Counted from the stretch's first letter, positions 27,601 to 39,462 are shown. The stretch: DNA of 64,000 nt from Lama glama (GCA_028534125.1 CM052817.1:3722001-3786000); one strand, 5' to 3'. The notes: generated from the sequence alone by a model not told the origin. Made by a program: numbers and translations.

Positions 27601-27709
27601 TAAGTACCTGCAACATGACTGAGAGGCAACTGACAAGTTAGGAAGATATTCAGACCACTTAACAGAGCAAACATAATTTATAATCTTAATTATTAATAAG
27701 ATAAACAAC

Positions 27710-27880
27710 CTACTGAACATTTACCATACACCGAACATACTAGGCGCGATCACAGGCGCTAATCACCACAAGCCTGCCAAGTACACTGAGGAAACTGTGA
27801 GATTCAGAGAAGCTGAGTAACTCACCCAAGGTCACACAGCAAGAGAAATGGTATTCAGACCAGGTCTGACATCAAAGCCC
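27710..27880 (-). mobile_element. MIR remnant
   Basis: 'gaggaaactgtgagattcagagaagctgagtaactcacccaaggtcacacagc' is a reverse-orientation MIR core. Confidence 0.6.
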
Positions 27881-28014
27881 ATACATGGCTTGCTGGAGTA
27901 CTTAAGAACATGACCCTCAACTTTGTGATAATCAATGAGCTGAACACACCAATATTTAGACTTCTCTGTATGTATGTTAGACTTCAACAGAAAACTTTTA
28001 AAAATAAAAAGACA

Positions 28015-28220
28015 GGAGTGGAAAAAATAATGCAGGTTCTGGAGGAAGACTGCCTGGGGTCAAATCCTGGCTCCTGCACTTTCCAGTTCTGCGACCATGG
28101 ACTCACTTCCTAACTTCTCTGTGCCTCAATTTCCATCTAGTAAAATGGGGACAATTACAGACCATGTCTCATCAGGCAGTTGACAAGACGAGGGGAAGAA
28201 ATCCACATAAAGCCTTTAGA
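28015..28220 (+). mobile_element. MIR remnant
   Basis: 'gactgcctggggtcaaatcctggctcc...taacttctctgtgcctcaatttccatctagtaaaatgggg' matches MIR. Confidence 0.7.
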
Positions 28221-30082
28221 ATCCTGCTTCAGAAGATGCTGGCTGGTGTCACTCTTCCCTGGGCACCCGACAGGGCCAGCCAGCTCAGGCCCACTATTTT
28301 AGCAGCTCATTTGCATGAGCAAGCCCAGACATGCAGGTGTACGTGTGCACAGCCGCACTGTACGGCTTCTTCCTGTCACCAGTGTCTCTCCTCACACTTG
28401 CTATGTGGCACTGGTGAGTGCTGGGCCTCAGCTGCCCCATCTGTAGAATGAGGTGACTGGCCTGGCTGATCTACCCGAGGTCCTGCCAACCTCACAGTCT
28501 AGAATTCTAAACAGCCCAGGCCCTAGAAACTTAAACACATGTTAATAGACAACACTACTCATTTTCCTAAAATCCTCTTTTACACGATATACATATGTAT
28601 AAATGTCTATTCTGATGATGAATCTTCACCAAGCTCTCAAAGCTCCACAAGCACCCACGACATGCTGGGTAGGCATTCTCTGTGCTCAGGCTGGGGACAT
28701 GACGGTCAGAAGCTCTGACCAACAGGAACAACTTGCTCTGATAAGCTGTGTCCTCCCACTAGAGAAGGCTTCAACAGAGCACAGGCAAGGGTAAAGCAGA
28801 GGCATGAAGGACAGGAATTCACTTGCTGGACACAGGGGAGGGACAGTGGGATGGAGAGATGGAGAAGTGGAAGGGTGGAGGGGTGCAGAAGTAGAGAGGG
28901 GGTGCCAAAGGGAGAGGAACCTGCAGGGATCAGTGGGAATCAGGTGAGGCAGCACTGACTGTGAATGGGGGTAGGAAGGGGGGGGGCAGATTGTAAAAAC
29001 TCAAGTTTCACTGGCATGGAGCAAGAAAGTGCTGAGAAGTGACCCGCCAGAACCTGCTGGGACCATGAAGGACACTAGGATGAGCAGAGCCTGGCCCAGT
29101 GACACTCATCCTCGCCTCTCTCCAACTGGGTGACTCTAGACCACTTACTTTACCTCCCTTAATGTCTCCCAAAGTGCATTCAATCAATAACCCTGAACCC
29201 CAAGCACATGCTAGGTTCTCATTAGGGCTGGGACTCAGGTGGAGCCCACAACTTCAAGAGGTCAAACATACCACAACCAAGACAGTAGTAAGACAGCCTT
29301 TGCTGTGGGGAGAGGAGAGGGGGAACAACCAAGGTGGGAGGGGTCTAAGAAAAAGTTGGGAAGAAGTCATACCCAAACTGAGACATGGGTTGGTACTGGT
29401 CAGATAAACTGAGCAAGAGGAAGTGAGTGTTGTAAGGTCTGGTCTGGTCCATGCAAAGCACCTAGCAGTGGCCAGCACTCACACTGAGCAGTGCCCAGCA
29501 GCAACCTACCCTCCGTAAAGGCAGCCAAGATAACAGTGAAGTGCCAACATTCTGCAGACACGGGACCCAAGACACCACCCTCCTCAGCTAGCCTCAATGA
29601 ACAAAACAGCCTCCTGCACATACAACTTTCCAAAGCAAAGCTTCCACTTCCACGGTGGAGCAAACGGTGCCTGTGCAATTTTAAAACAGAAATGGTTTCC
29701 CACGGCCACGCAAGGATCCGACCACTAAAATGCTCACTACCCGAGCCTGGGGTCTGGAGTCTGCCGGCCAGCCCTGCAGCTTCCCGAGGAGCCTTCCTCC
29801 TGGCCTCACCCCACAGCGTGGAGCTGCCCTCCCATTCCTTCCTCCCCGCAGCTCCCTGCCCCCACCGCAGCCTCCTGCCTCTCAGCCCTCCCAGTGCGAA
29901 GGCTCCTCAGGCCTGGGTCTCTGGGTCTCAGGGTCTCAGGGTCTCAGGCTCTCCGAGGCGGGGGGGGGGGGGCTGCAGCCCAGGAACAGGGGTCTCTGAA
30001 GCAAAAAGGAGTCCATGGCCTGGAGACTAGGGGGTCCGAGGTGAGGAGTGTCTATAGCCAAAGGACGATGTGAGAAGCAAGG

Positions 30083-30252
30083 GGGTCTGGAACCCGACGT
30101 GCAGGGGGATCTCAGAGAGGTCTGGGGCTCCGAGGTGGAAGGGGTCCCAGGGACTGGGAAGCTTCGAGGTGGAGGGGACTCCCGTGGGTCAGGGAATCCG
30201 AGGTGGCAAGGGTCCCGGGGGTCCGGGGCCCGAGGTGGAGGGGGTCCCGGGG
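30083..30252. repeat. Degenerate ~34-bp G-rich minisatellite (~5 units)
   Basis: The core CCGAGGTGG(A/C)...GGGTCCC recurs, with variants, at 30094, 30130, 30164, 30198 and 30230. Confidence 0.7.
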
Positions 30253-30629
30253 TCGGGTGCGCGGCTCCGAGCGCCAAGCCGGCTCCTCTCCCGGCGGGGG
30301 AGCCCGGCGCGTCTGAGGGGGAAAACTTTTCTTCAAGTTCCGGAAAAGGAGCGTGTCAAGGGCGCGCGTCTCACCCAGGAACGGACGAGCCGAGAGCAGC
30401 CCGAGCCCCGCGATGTTCCCCGGGCCCCACGCGCTTCCCCGGAGCGGGAGGAAGCAGCAGCCGCGCGCCGAGGGGGCGCCCAGGCTGGACCTGAACCCGC
30501 GAGACCCGCCCTGACCCGCCTCAGGCCGCCTCCCGGCTCCGGCCGACGCTGCAGCAGGTGGCAGCGGCCCCGCGCGCCGGGGCCCCCTCTCTCCCTCTCG
30601 GTCCAGCCCTCGCCGGGGGCCCTCCGTAC

Positions 30630-30780
30630 CGGAGTTAGCGCGGCTCCGACGCCATCCCCGGGGCCCGCGGGCCCGCAGCCCAGGCCCAACGGGACCCGCA
30701 ACTTGCGCGGCGAGGACACCGGGCGCTGCAGGCGGCGGGCCGGGCGGGCAGGTGCTAGCTAGCCGCCCGCGGCTAACAGC
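30630..30780 (-). other. TBC1D14: Candidate non-coding first exon (proximal, '1b') of TBC1D14
   Basis: Directly downstream of the GC-box array on the minus strand, with donor CCG|GTACGG at 30630/30629; a weaker alternative donor CGG|GTCAGG lies at 30516/30515. The TSS position is inferred. Confidence 0.55.
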
Positions 30781-30782
30781 GG

Positions 30783-30902
30783 CGCGCGCCCTCGCCCCGC
30801 CCCGCGCGCCCTCGCCCCGCCCCGCGCGCCCTCGCCCCGCCCCGCGCGCCCTCGCCCCGCCCCGCGCGCCCTCGCCCCGCCCCGCGCGCCCTCGCCCCGC
30901 CC
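30783..30902. repeat. 20-bp perfect tandem repeat, (CGCGCGCCCTCGCCCCGCCC)x6
   Basis: Six identical units seen directly; each junction forms the GC box CCCCGCCCC. Confidence 0.97.
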
Positions 30903-31148
30903 CGCCCCCTGCCTGCACGGCCGCTCTTCCGCCCGGGCTGCTGCCCCCCACCGCGCCGCCGCCGCTCCTGGAGCTCGACGCTCGTCCTGCTGCCCCTCCT
31001 CTGGCCCGCTTGCCCGCCCGCCGTGGGCCTCGGGGCGGCTTTGCCAGTCCTTTTCTCTCCCGAAGGCCAAGCGGGGCCGCGAGGGGAGGCCTGAGGAGAT
31101 CTTCATGCCCGCAGAGCCCCCGTGGACACCCGCCAGGGGCTTCCTTAC

Positions 31149-31230
31149 CTGGTCGGCTCCACCCGCGGCCATCTTGGAAGTGGGAAGCGGCCGGGAGGGG
31201 GAAGGGGCACGAGCGGGCATGGACCAGGCG
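31149..31230 (-). other. TBC1D14: Candidate alternative first exon (distal, '1a') of TBC1D14
   Basis: Near-consensus donor CAG|GTAAGG at 31149/31148 inside the CpG island, just downstream of a YY1-type CAAGATGGCCGC motif. The 5' boundary is inferred. Confidence 0.6.
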
Positions 31231-31937
31231 TGGGGAGCCGAGCGGCGGAGCGCATCGATGGGCGCCCCTGCCCCAGGCAGGCATGAGGGGGAGGAGGGGC
31301 CCGGCCCGGACCTGGACGCAGGAGAGAGGTCTGGTGGGCTGGGTCAGAGCTCTCACCCGGGATGTGCAGCCTCCTGGACGTCGCTTTGATGTCTGCCCGG
31401 CCTTAGTGTCTTCATCTGTGAAACGGGCTTTTCAGGGAGTTCTCTTTTATTAAGCTGTTACACAATGCCTAGTGCTTAAGTTCCCCAAACTTGTCTGCAC
31501 TTTCGTATCGCCTGAGGATGTGTGATGTGCAGACAAGTTTGGGAACCACTGGCCTAGCGTTCATGTACACTACTTACCAACAACATTGCAGAAACTCCAG
31601 AGACAGGGTCTGTGATCCAAACCCCTGTACAGGGTGGGAGATGAAGTCCCTTATCCAAGGTCGCAGGTCCAGTCAGTAGCTGAGAGGGATCGGAAGCCAG
31701 TTGCCCCTACCCAGACCGCCTTCCAAGATCAGGCAAGGCCCTGAATAAGAAAGCTCTTGTTCCCTAGTAACTGACCCCTTCCTCATCCCGCGTCGGGGAT
31801 GTAGGCTCCCTGAGCCAAATTGGGCTTATCTTGTTTACTGCTATGTTCCCTGAGCCTGGCAAATAGTAGGCACTTAAATATTTGTTGAATTATTATATTC
31901 TGGGGACATCAAAGCAAAAAGAAAGAATGGTGGGTGT

Positions 31938-32051
31938 GGAGAGAGGGTATAGCTCAGTGGTAAAGTGTTTTGCATGCACTAGGTTTGGGGTTCAATCCCC
32001 AGTACCTCCATTACAAAAAAAAAAAACCAACTAAAAATAAATAAATAAAAA
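31938..32051 (+). mobile_element. tRNA-derived SINE (camelid vic-1-like)
   Basis: Box A 'tagctcagtgg', box B 'ggttcaatccc', then 'agtacctccatt' and an A-rich tail. Confidence 0.85.
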
Positions 32052-34696
32052 GAGGAAAGACTCCAGTGGTGGGAAGCTGGAAATCTTGGGTTCCACACTA
32101 GGCTTCGCTCCTTCCAACCAGGAGCCCTGAGGGCTGTCACAGGCAGCATTACCAGACAGGAAAGCTCCCAGGGATGACAGCTGCACCTCGCAGAGCGGTC
32201 GGGGACAGGAAGGGTAATCTCTCCATCACAGCATCTGGAAACATGCAGTGGGAGGTGCATTTGAGCTGTGGTCATCAGCAATGGGCCACAGAACCCCGAC
32301 TTGTTTCTCCTGTCTGGGTCATAGTTCTAAAAACTCTTAGCACCTCTTAGTTTATAGTGGCAGGAGGGGTGAGTACTTTAAAAAGGAAATCTGTTAACAG
32401 AATACATTAACACACTTCATAGCGGTTAGAACATCATAGAAACTTTATAAATGCTTACATTTCTGGATGTTCTGAGGAAAAATAATACCAGGTCCCCTTC
32501 AATCCCCAGTGTGCCCTTCCTAGCTTATTTTAAGAAAACACTAACAGGAAAGTAGACTTTGGGCCTGACTTAATTAGGATTTTAATATATTGGATTAATA
32601 AATCTGTTTTTACAGTGTTCTTTGCAACCCCCCAAATCCCCTCCAGCCCTCATGCTGAGCCTTAGGGTTTTAAAACCCCACAGTCACAGGAACCATTGTT
32701 CTAAATCCAGAACCAAAAAGTTTGTGGTCCACAGATTTGCATCTGGCGCCCCCTGTCTGCCTTTTCCTCGCTGTCTCCCCATTCCACTGCTCCCCAACTC
32801 AGAGCTCCTCCCCGGAGCCCATCTGGCACTTAACACCCTTAGTACGGTTTGACCCATTTCTTTCCCCTTGTCATCAGCACCCAGAAGTGTTCCAGATAAA
32901 TCCTGATGGCAACTTGAGTATAACAAAACTAAAAATGAACAAGATGAGCTGTGCAGCAGCATGCACTCTCAGCACCTCTCAGAATCTGAGCGCCTCTTGG
33001 CACTCCTCACCGCCGCCGCCGCCCTGTGTCAGATGTGGAGACAACAACCGCATGGGGTGGGGGGGTTCGCACCCTGTCCCCCTCTGCTGGCTCACCGCTG
33101 CCTGCCTTGGTGAGGCCATCCCAGCTCCCCATGCGGCCCTAGTGTCCGGGGTCCCAGCGTGATCTCTCGCCTGGCCGTTCCTCTGGGGGCTGAAAAGCTG
33201 CTGCTTGTTGTAGGTGAGCAGCAGGCCCTCAGCTCCGTCTCTTCGATACCAGGCACTGGGCCCGGCTAAGCCTGAAACCTTCCCTCCCAGCCCCTCGCCA
33301 ACTCTCCCTACCTCTCCAAGGCTCACAGCACCTCCACCTCCCCAGCTGTGTGAGGACTGAATGAGTCAAAGTACACGGGGGCAATGGATAAATGTGAAAA
33401 AACTGTCTGGCTTTGTCAGTTTCTGGCATGTTTGGGGAACTCTTGGCATCTCCCCAGCAATATAATGTAGACAAAGTGTGTTCTGAACCCAAGGTGAGGA
33501 CAGGTGCTGGGACACCTTGGGGATCCCACCGAGGGCCTTCTCCAAGCCTGACCTCTGAGCCTCCCCAAGCTTGCCAACCACGAGTGGGAAACCCCAGGAT
33601 CTCCAACACTGGAAACAAGCCCAGAGCCATCTGTGCTGGCCCCCTGCTGGGCTCAGGACACCAGCGTGACGGACAGCCCACAGTTCCTGCCCCCATGGAA
33701 CCCCGGGCTCAGGGGGCAGGCAGACGTGGCAGTTCGCAGAGGCAGCCACGTCCCCTGAAAGGGGAATGGGAACTGGCCAGGTGCAGACCCCAGAAGGGTC
33801 ACAAGCAGTGTCAGAGCCGACAGGACCTTTACGGATCCTCCAGCCCACCCCTCTCATCATTCAGTGGGGAAACTGAGGCTCAAAGAGAGAGACACGGAAG
33901 GGCCCAGGGTCAGGTGGGGCAAGCGGTGGGCACACGACCCAGGCCAGAGGTCCTCTGCCCTGCCAAACCCCCACCACAGCTCTTCCAGGAACTGTGGGGA
34001 TCTAGGTGCCCAAACACACATTTCACCCCTGCCTCTTCCCCAGCCCCCACGTGCGAGCTCCGTCAGTGTCTGCTGAATAAATGAAAAAACATTCTCAACC
34101 CTGCGCTCGAAACAGCTCTCCCAGGTGCCCTCTACTGTGCTGGCTGTTTCACGCCATCACCACACCTGCCAAGCTGCCACACTGACCCTCACTTTGCAGG
34201 TGAGGAAACAGGAACTGGGAGGTGAGGACACTCAGCCCAGGCCTCACAGCGTTCCCCCTACCATCCAGGAGCTTCTGGCCTCTTGCCATCCTCCCCCCTA
34301 CCCTCCTTGTCCCCAGCTTCTGTTCAGAGCCACCAGGGGCCAGGGTGTGAGTAAAGGGTCCAGCAGCTGACACACTCCACGTGGTCTGGCAGTGGGCCCA
34401 ACCCTGCCGGGCAAAGGCAGATTACACCACCGTCCTTTATTTCAAAAGCGCCGCCCTCTGGCCCAAAGGCTTTCAGAAATCCAGGGACGCTTATCTTTTC
34501 TGTCTTGATTCCTTGGGGTAAAAGATTTCCCTGTGGAGATGGAAGTTCTCATTTTTAGGACACAATGCCTAGAATATGGGTTTCTCTGGTTGCTTCTGGA
34601 AATTGTGCAATAGGAGAAAAAAATGAATTCAGGAGTAGCCTGGGTAGCTGGAGGTAAACCTTCCAGCACCTCAGGCCCATAGAAGACAGAAACGTG

Positions 34697-35105
34697 GCCA
34701 GAAAGAGAAAGAAAAATACCATGTGATACCACTTACATGTGGACTCTAAAAAAAAAAAAAAAGACAAATGAACTAATTTAGAAAACAGAAACAGACACAC
34801 AGAGATAGAAAACAAACTTATGGTTACTGGGGGAGGAAGTGGGTGGGAAGGGATAAACTGGGGTTCAAGATTTGCAGATACTAACTAATATAATATATAT
34901 AAAATAAACAAGTTTATACTGTAACGCACAGGGAACTATATGCAATATCTTAAAGTGACATGGTGAAAAAGAATATGAAAACACATATGCGTGTGTTCAT
35001 GTGTGACTGAAGCACTGTGCGGTACACCAGAAATTGACACAACATTGTAAACTGACTATACTTCGATAAAAATATATATACAAAAAAGAAGAAGAAGAAG
35101 GAAAG
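34697..35105 (+). mobile_element. 5'-truncated artiodactyl-type L1 3' end
   Basis: L1 3' UTR ('gcacagggaactata...acaacattgtaaactgactatacttc') with an A/GAA tail and loose flanking duplication agacagaaacgtg / agacagaaaagtg. Confidence 0.85.
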
Positions 35106-35381
35106 ATGGAGACAGAAAAGTGTCGTGATAACCAGAGCAGCCACCACGAACCCCTGCGTCTTGCTGCAAGAAACAGCATGAGACCCGCACGCCAGGTCAT
35201 CAGCTGGATTGCACTCAGTGCAGCCACCTGCTTCCTACCTGCGGTAGACTACAACCAGTGAATTCAAGGAGGCGGAACTCTTAGCAGTAGCACGTTTACA
35301 AAAGGGAGAAGGCGTGGTTCCAGCCAAAGAGAAAGTTATAACACACTGAATCCCTTTAGTCTAAAAGTATGCTAGGGCAAT

Positions 35382-35527
35382 GAGAGGGGTGTATAGTGTG
35401 AGTGGTAGAGCACACGCTTAGATGCGCTAGGTCCTAGGTTCCATCTCCAGTGCCTCCATTAAAAGAAAGAAATAAATAAGCCTAATTACGTCCCCCCTCA
35501 AAAAATTTTTTTATTTAAAAATGTTTT
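35382..35527 (+). mobile_element. tRNA-derived SINE (camelid vic-1-like)
   Basis: 'gtggtagagcacacgcttagatgcgctaggtcctaggttccatctccagtgcctccattaaaa...cctaattac'; imperfect TSD taaaagtatgctagggcaa / taaaagtacactggcaa. Confidence 0.85.
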
Positions 35528-37379
35528 TAAAAGTACACTGGCAAGGAGCTATCCTTATAAAATTACCACAAAATTCAGGCAAAGACGGCTGCAAAAAGAT
35601 GCTCACCACAGTGTTACTTACAACAGTGAAATGGATACGATGTAGCTGTCCAACCATGGGGGAAGGTTAGCTAAACAGAGAGACTTATATGCAGCCACAA
35701 ATCTTCAAGTGGTTTATTATAGCAAAGAAGAGATGCTTAAGTTATGAGTGATACCAAGTTTTAAATAAAGTATAATCAAAGAATATGGACTCTGCATTAT
35801 GCACAAAAATAAACAGGAAGAAACACTGAAATGATATCAAAACACACAGGAATGTCTTCTGATTAGGTATTTTGAAATTGTTAGATTTCCCACAACGGAC
35901 ATATGCTCTATTTATGAGATGTGTTAAGATGCTGACATCATGATGGGTAAGCCACAGACTTCAAAAAGCACCGTAACCTGGGGCCATGAGATGAGAGCTC
36001 TGTACCCTTGCCCTTCCCACCAAAGCAAGTCAAATCCTGTTCCCATTTTGCAGATGGGAACACTCGTGCTCCAAGGGGTTAGGTAATCAGTGCACAGTGG
36101 CTTGCTGTCGTGGGTGTGCTGACAACAGAGCCCTGTGACTGCGGTCTGTGTGGCCCACAGTCTGTAACAGCATCTCTAGCTGCCCCAGCAGCCCCATTTT
36201 GCGGTGCTGTTGCCCCATTTTACTGGGGACATTTGAATCCAGATGGGTCTGACCCCAGATCAAAGGTCACTAATTCTCAGAGCATCCCATGTAATTAGTC
36301 GGAAAAAGTAAGTTATAATGAAACCAATAGACCCTCCAAAGAATGGAACCCATGGCCTGGGGCTGGGGAGGCAGGGGACCCCTGTGGCCTGCGGCTCACC
36401 AATGCTTAAGAAGCGTCCGGGGCTGGAGGTCTTAAGGTTCTAGGTACCAAGAAACCACAGAAAGCACTCAGGGGTGGGGCTCCGAGTTCCCGCACACCAC
36501 AGTGGAATTTTCCAAATAGCCTTGTTTTTTTTTAAAGGGATCACCCAGTTGCCTGCTGCTGCTGCCACCATCAGAGAGCAAAGCCCAGTTTAGAAGCTGC
36601 GGGGTCAGGTCGCACGTGGGAGCCCCGTGAGGAGGGGGCAGGGGGCAGAGAGGGCAGGGGGAACATTTCTTCCCATACCGGCTGATCCTGCAGGGAACGC
36701 CCTGCCCCCTCCATGGGTGAGGCTCCGTCTCAGGCCTGAGGGCTCTGCCGGCTCCCAGAGCCGCCTGGAGGCGCCCCAAAGCCCCTCGACATCTCACATC
36801 CATGCCTTTGCACCTGCTCTGCCCTCTGCCTGGAACTCCGGGACTCCTTTCTTCCTTTACATCCTAGTCCCCTTCAGTGTGTGGCTCAAAAGGCCACTCC
36901 AGGACAGCCTCCCAACTCTGACCCCCACCCCTACCCCAAGGCCCTGCCGGCCCGGCAGCCCTGACACACCTCCCAGATGCCTTAGTGCCTTGTAGGGTCC
37001 CTGCGCAGTCCCAGGTCCCCAGCGGGCAGCCAGGGCCCGCTCAGGGAGGGAATGACAGCACAGCCTCACCAAGCCCCACACCATGTGTGTCCTCTCTCTC
37101 CATCCTGGCCGCCACCCGTGTCGCAGAGAGGAACTGAGGCGCTCGCAGGAAACCTGCCTGCCCGGGGCCCCACGGCTGCTAGGTCCACAGGTGGGCTTTG
37201 TGCCCAGGCCCTCGGGCTCCAGAGTCCCCGCTCTGGATGGACATAACAAACGGTGTGTGACTGACTTGACATGGGGGTGGGGGTGGGGTGAGGCCCTGCC
37301 CACATCACGTACTCCACACCCCTCCTTCCCTGCTTCCTCCCCCCAGACACCTCACTTTTTCTGGCCCCTGAGAAGAGAG

Positions 37380-37570
37380 TGGTGGTAGGAGAGAACGTGA
37401 GCTTGCAGGTCAGGCAGGTCTGGGCTGGAATCCCAGCTCCAGTGTTTACTGTGTGACTCTGGGCGAGTTACTTAACCTCTCTGAGCCTTGGTTTCCTCTT
37501 TCAGAGGAAGGGGTGTCCCACATACCTCGGGGGAGTGGTTTGGATGTCACACAGAGGAGCCACTTAGTAT
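37380..37570 (+). mobile_element. MIR remnant
   Basis: 'ctgtgtgactctgggcgagttacttaacctctctgagccttggtttcctc' is the MIR core. Confidence 0.7.
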
Positions 37571-38747
37571 GTGCTGTCTTTCTTCCTGACACATCCGCTC
37601 ACCCTGACTTAGCGACATCAACCTCTCCCCTTCCTCTTCCATCCTCAGACAACCTTAGGTCTTGCCTGTCTTAAAGGAACCTTCTCTGATGTACCCCATG
37701 TTCCTCTTCTTGACAAACCTCCACCCCTATTTCCTCTACCCACCAACCAACAGCCTCCAAAGCGTGTACACAGGCACACATACATACACGCACAATTGGC
37801 CCCAGCCCCGTCCTTGCTGCAGGAATTGGCTTCCTAAATACCCCAGTACCGAGTCCCCGCCGCCCTTCCTCCATCCTGCACCTGGAGTGGCGGACGTCCC
37901 CAGCTCTCACAAAACCTCCCAGAGCTCCTTCTTGCTTTTTCCCCCCCGGAGCACCTGCCCCTTCCTCTTTAGAGAGGGAACAGACCTCAGCCTCTCCCAG
38001 GTCTCTGTCCTGAGGGGCCTCACACGAGCCCTGAGCCCCGGGCCTGCAGACCTTCCTCCCCTGTGACCATCACCGGTCAGGAGATGTGCCCCTCCTCCTG
38101 CAAGTACCCCCCACCAGCCCCCAGGGAGTGCCCCCACTCTCCATGCTCCAACCTTTGTGCTGGGCACCGACAGCCAACTAATACCAGGGTGAGCAGATAA
38201 ACAAGGTCCAGCTCTGTCCTTAAATGTCTGCTAATCACGTTGATGGCTCCTAGCTGCCCACTGCCTCCTGCGCAGGGTGAGCTTACGGCTGGGGGACAGA
38301 GTTGGCCAGTAGGCTTTTTTCTCTTGTAACCTAGTCTTTTTTGAGGAGCCTGTGGGGAGATGCAGTCTCTGGGGAGGGGTGGGGCTTAGGGAGTGGCAGG
38401 TGAGGGTCTGCGTGGAGAAGGGGCAGGGGTGGCACCACCCAGAGTAGGTGAGCGGTGGGCCCACCTTCTGGGGGACACAGAGCCTCTCTCGGCTCCCCAT
38501 CAAGGCCCCCAGCAGATGTCTGCTTTGAAGACATAAGAGGAGCCCAAGAAGCCCCCCTGAGCCTCTCCAGAGGCCTAAGCAGCGAGACCACATGGGGTCA
38601 GGGAAGAGGTCCAGGCTCAGACCAGGGACCCCATCACAGCTGTGCTGCTCACTGCACCTGAGTGATGATGGTGGTGGTGTATTTATCATGCCTGAACTTC
38701 AGCCTCCCCACCTGTAAAATGGGCACATCAAGAGTTGTGGGGGTTTT

Positions 38748-39462
38748 GATAAATGCTGGAGAGGGTGAGGAGAGGGAACCCTCCTACACTGTTGTTGAGA
38801 ATGTAAATTGGTGCAGCCACTATGGAGAACAGTATGGAGATTCCTTAAAAAAAACTAAAAATAGACTTACCCTATGATCCGGCAATTCCACTCCTGGGCA
38901 TATATTCAGGGAAAACTCTAATTCAAAAAGATACATGCACACCAATGTTCATAGCAGCACTATTTACAACAGCCAAGACATGGGAGCCACCTAAATGTCC
39001 ATTGACAGATGACTATATAAAGAAGATTTGGTATAAATACACAATGGAATATTACTCAACCATTAAAAAGGATGAAATAATGCCATTTGCAGCAGTAACA
39101 TGGATGGACACTAGAGATCATCACACTGAGTGAAGTAAGTCAGACAGAGACAATGAACAAATAGGACAATGAACTTATTTACAAAACAGAAAAAGACTCA
39201 CAGACATAGAAAACAAACTATGGTTACTGAGGGAAGGGGAGGGTGGAGGGATAATTTGGAAGTTTGGGATTTGCATATACAAACTACTATGTATAAAATA
39301 AACAAGGTCCTATTGTATAGCACAGGGAACTAAATTTGAAAGCTTATAATAACCTATAACGAAAAAGAATATATGTACGTATAACTGAATCACTGTGCTA
39401 TACACCAGAAACTAACACAACATTGTAAATCAACTGCACTTCAATTAAAAACAAACAAAAAA
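38748..39462 (+). mobile_element. 5'-truncated artiodactyl-type L1 (end of ORF2 plus 3' UTR) inserted into a MIR
   Basis: Encodes the ORF2 C-terminal remnant MFIAALFTTAKTWEPPKCP; A-rich tail; imperfect TSD aagagttgtgggggttt (38730-38746) / aagagtggtggggttt (39463-39478). Confidence 0.9.

Larger units (their letters stand above)
29950..31400. promoter_or_regulatory. TBC1D14: CpG island / TBC1D14 promoter
   Basis: Very high GC and CpG density, many GC boxes, a YY1-type motif (GCGGCCATCTTG, ~31165-31176) and an ETS-like GGAAGTG; lies ~9 kb upstream of the first coding exon. Confidence 0.92.

Noticed and set aside
27710..28220. Oppositely oriented MIR pair as a possible dsRNA hairpin
   Set aside because: The copies are too diverged for extended pairing, and such pairs are common by chance.
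30783..30902. Regular repeat array considered as CRISPR-like
   Set aside because: The units are head-to-tail with no unique spacers, the context is eukaryotic, and there are no cas genes.
30048..31453. Long overlapping ORFs (414, 233 and 230 aa) across the CpG island
   Set aside because: Stop codons are depleted in very GC-rich DNA and the 20-bp repeat; the products are Arg/Gly/Pro/Ala low-complexity sequence open in several frames.
31938..32010. tRNA-like sequence with A and B boxes
   Set aside because: The cloverleaf is degenerate, an A-rich tail follows, and two related copies lie in the window; it is a SINE, not a tRNA gene.
38945..39133. ORF MFIAALFTTAKTWEPPKCP...
   Set aside because: Remnant of the L1 ORF2 C-terminus in a truncated L1, not a host gene.
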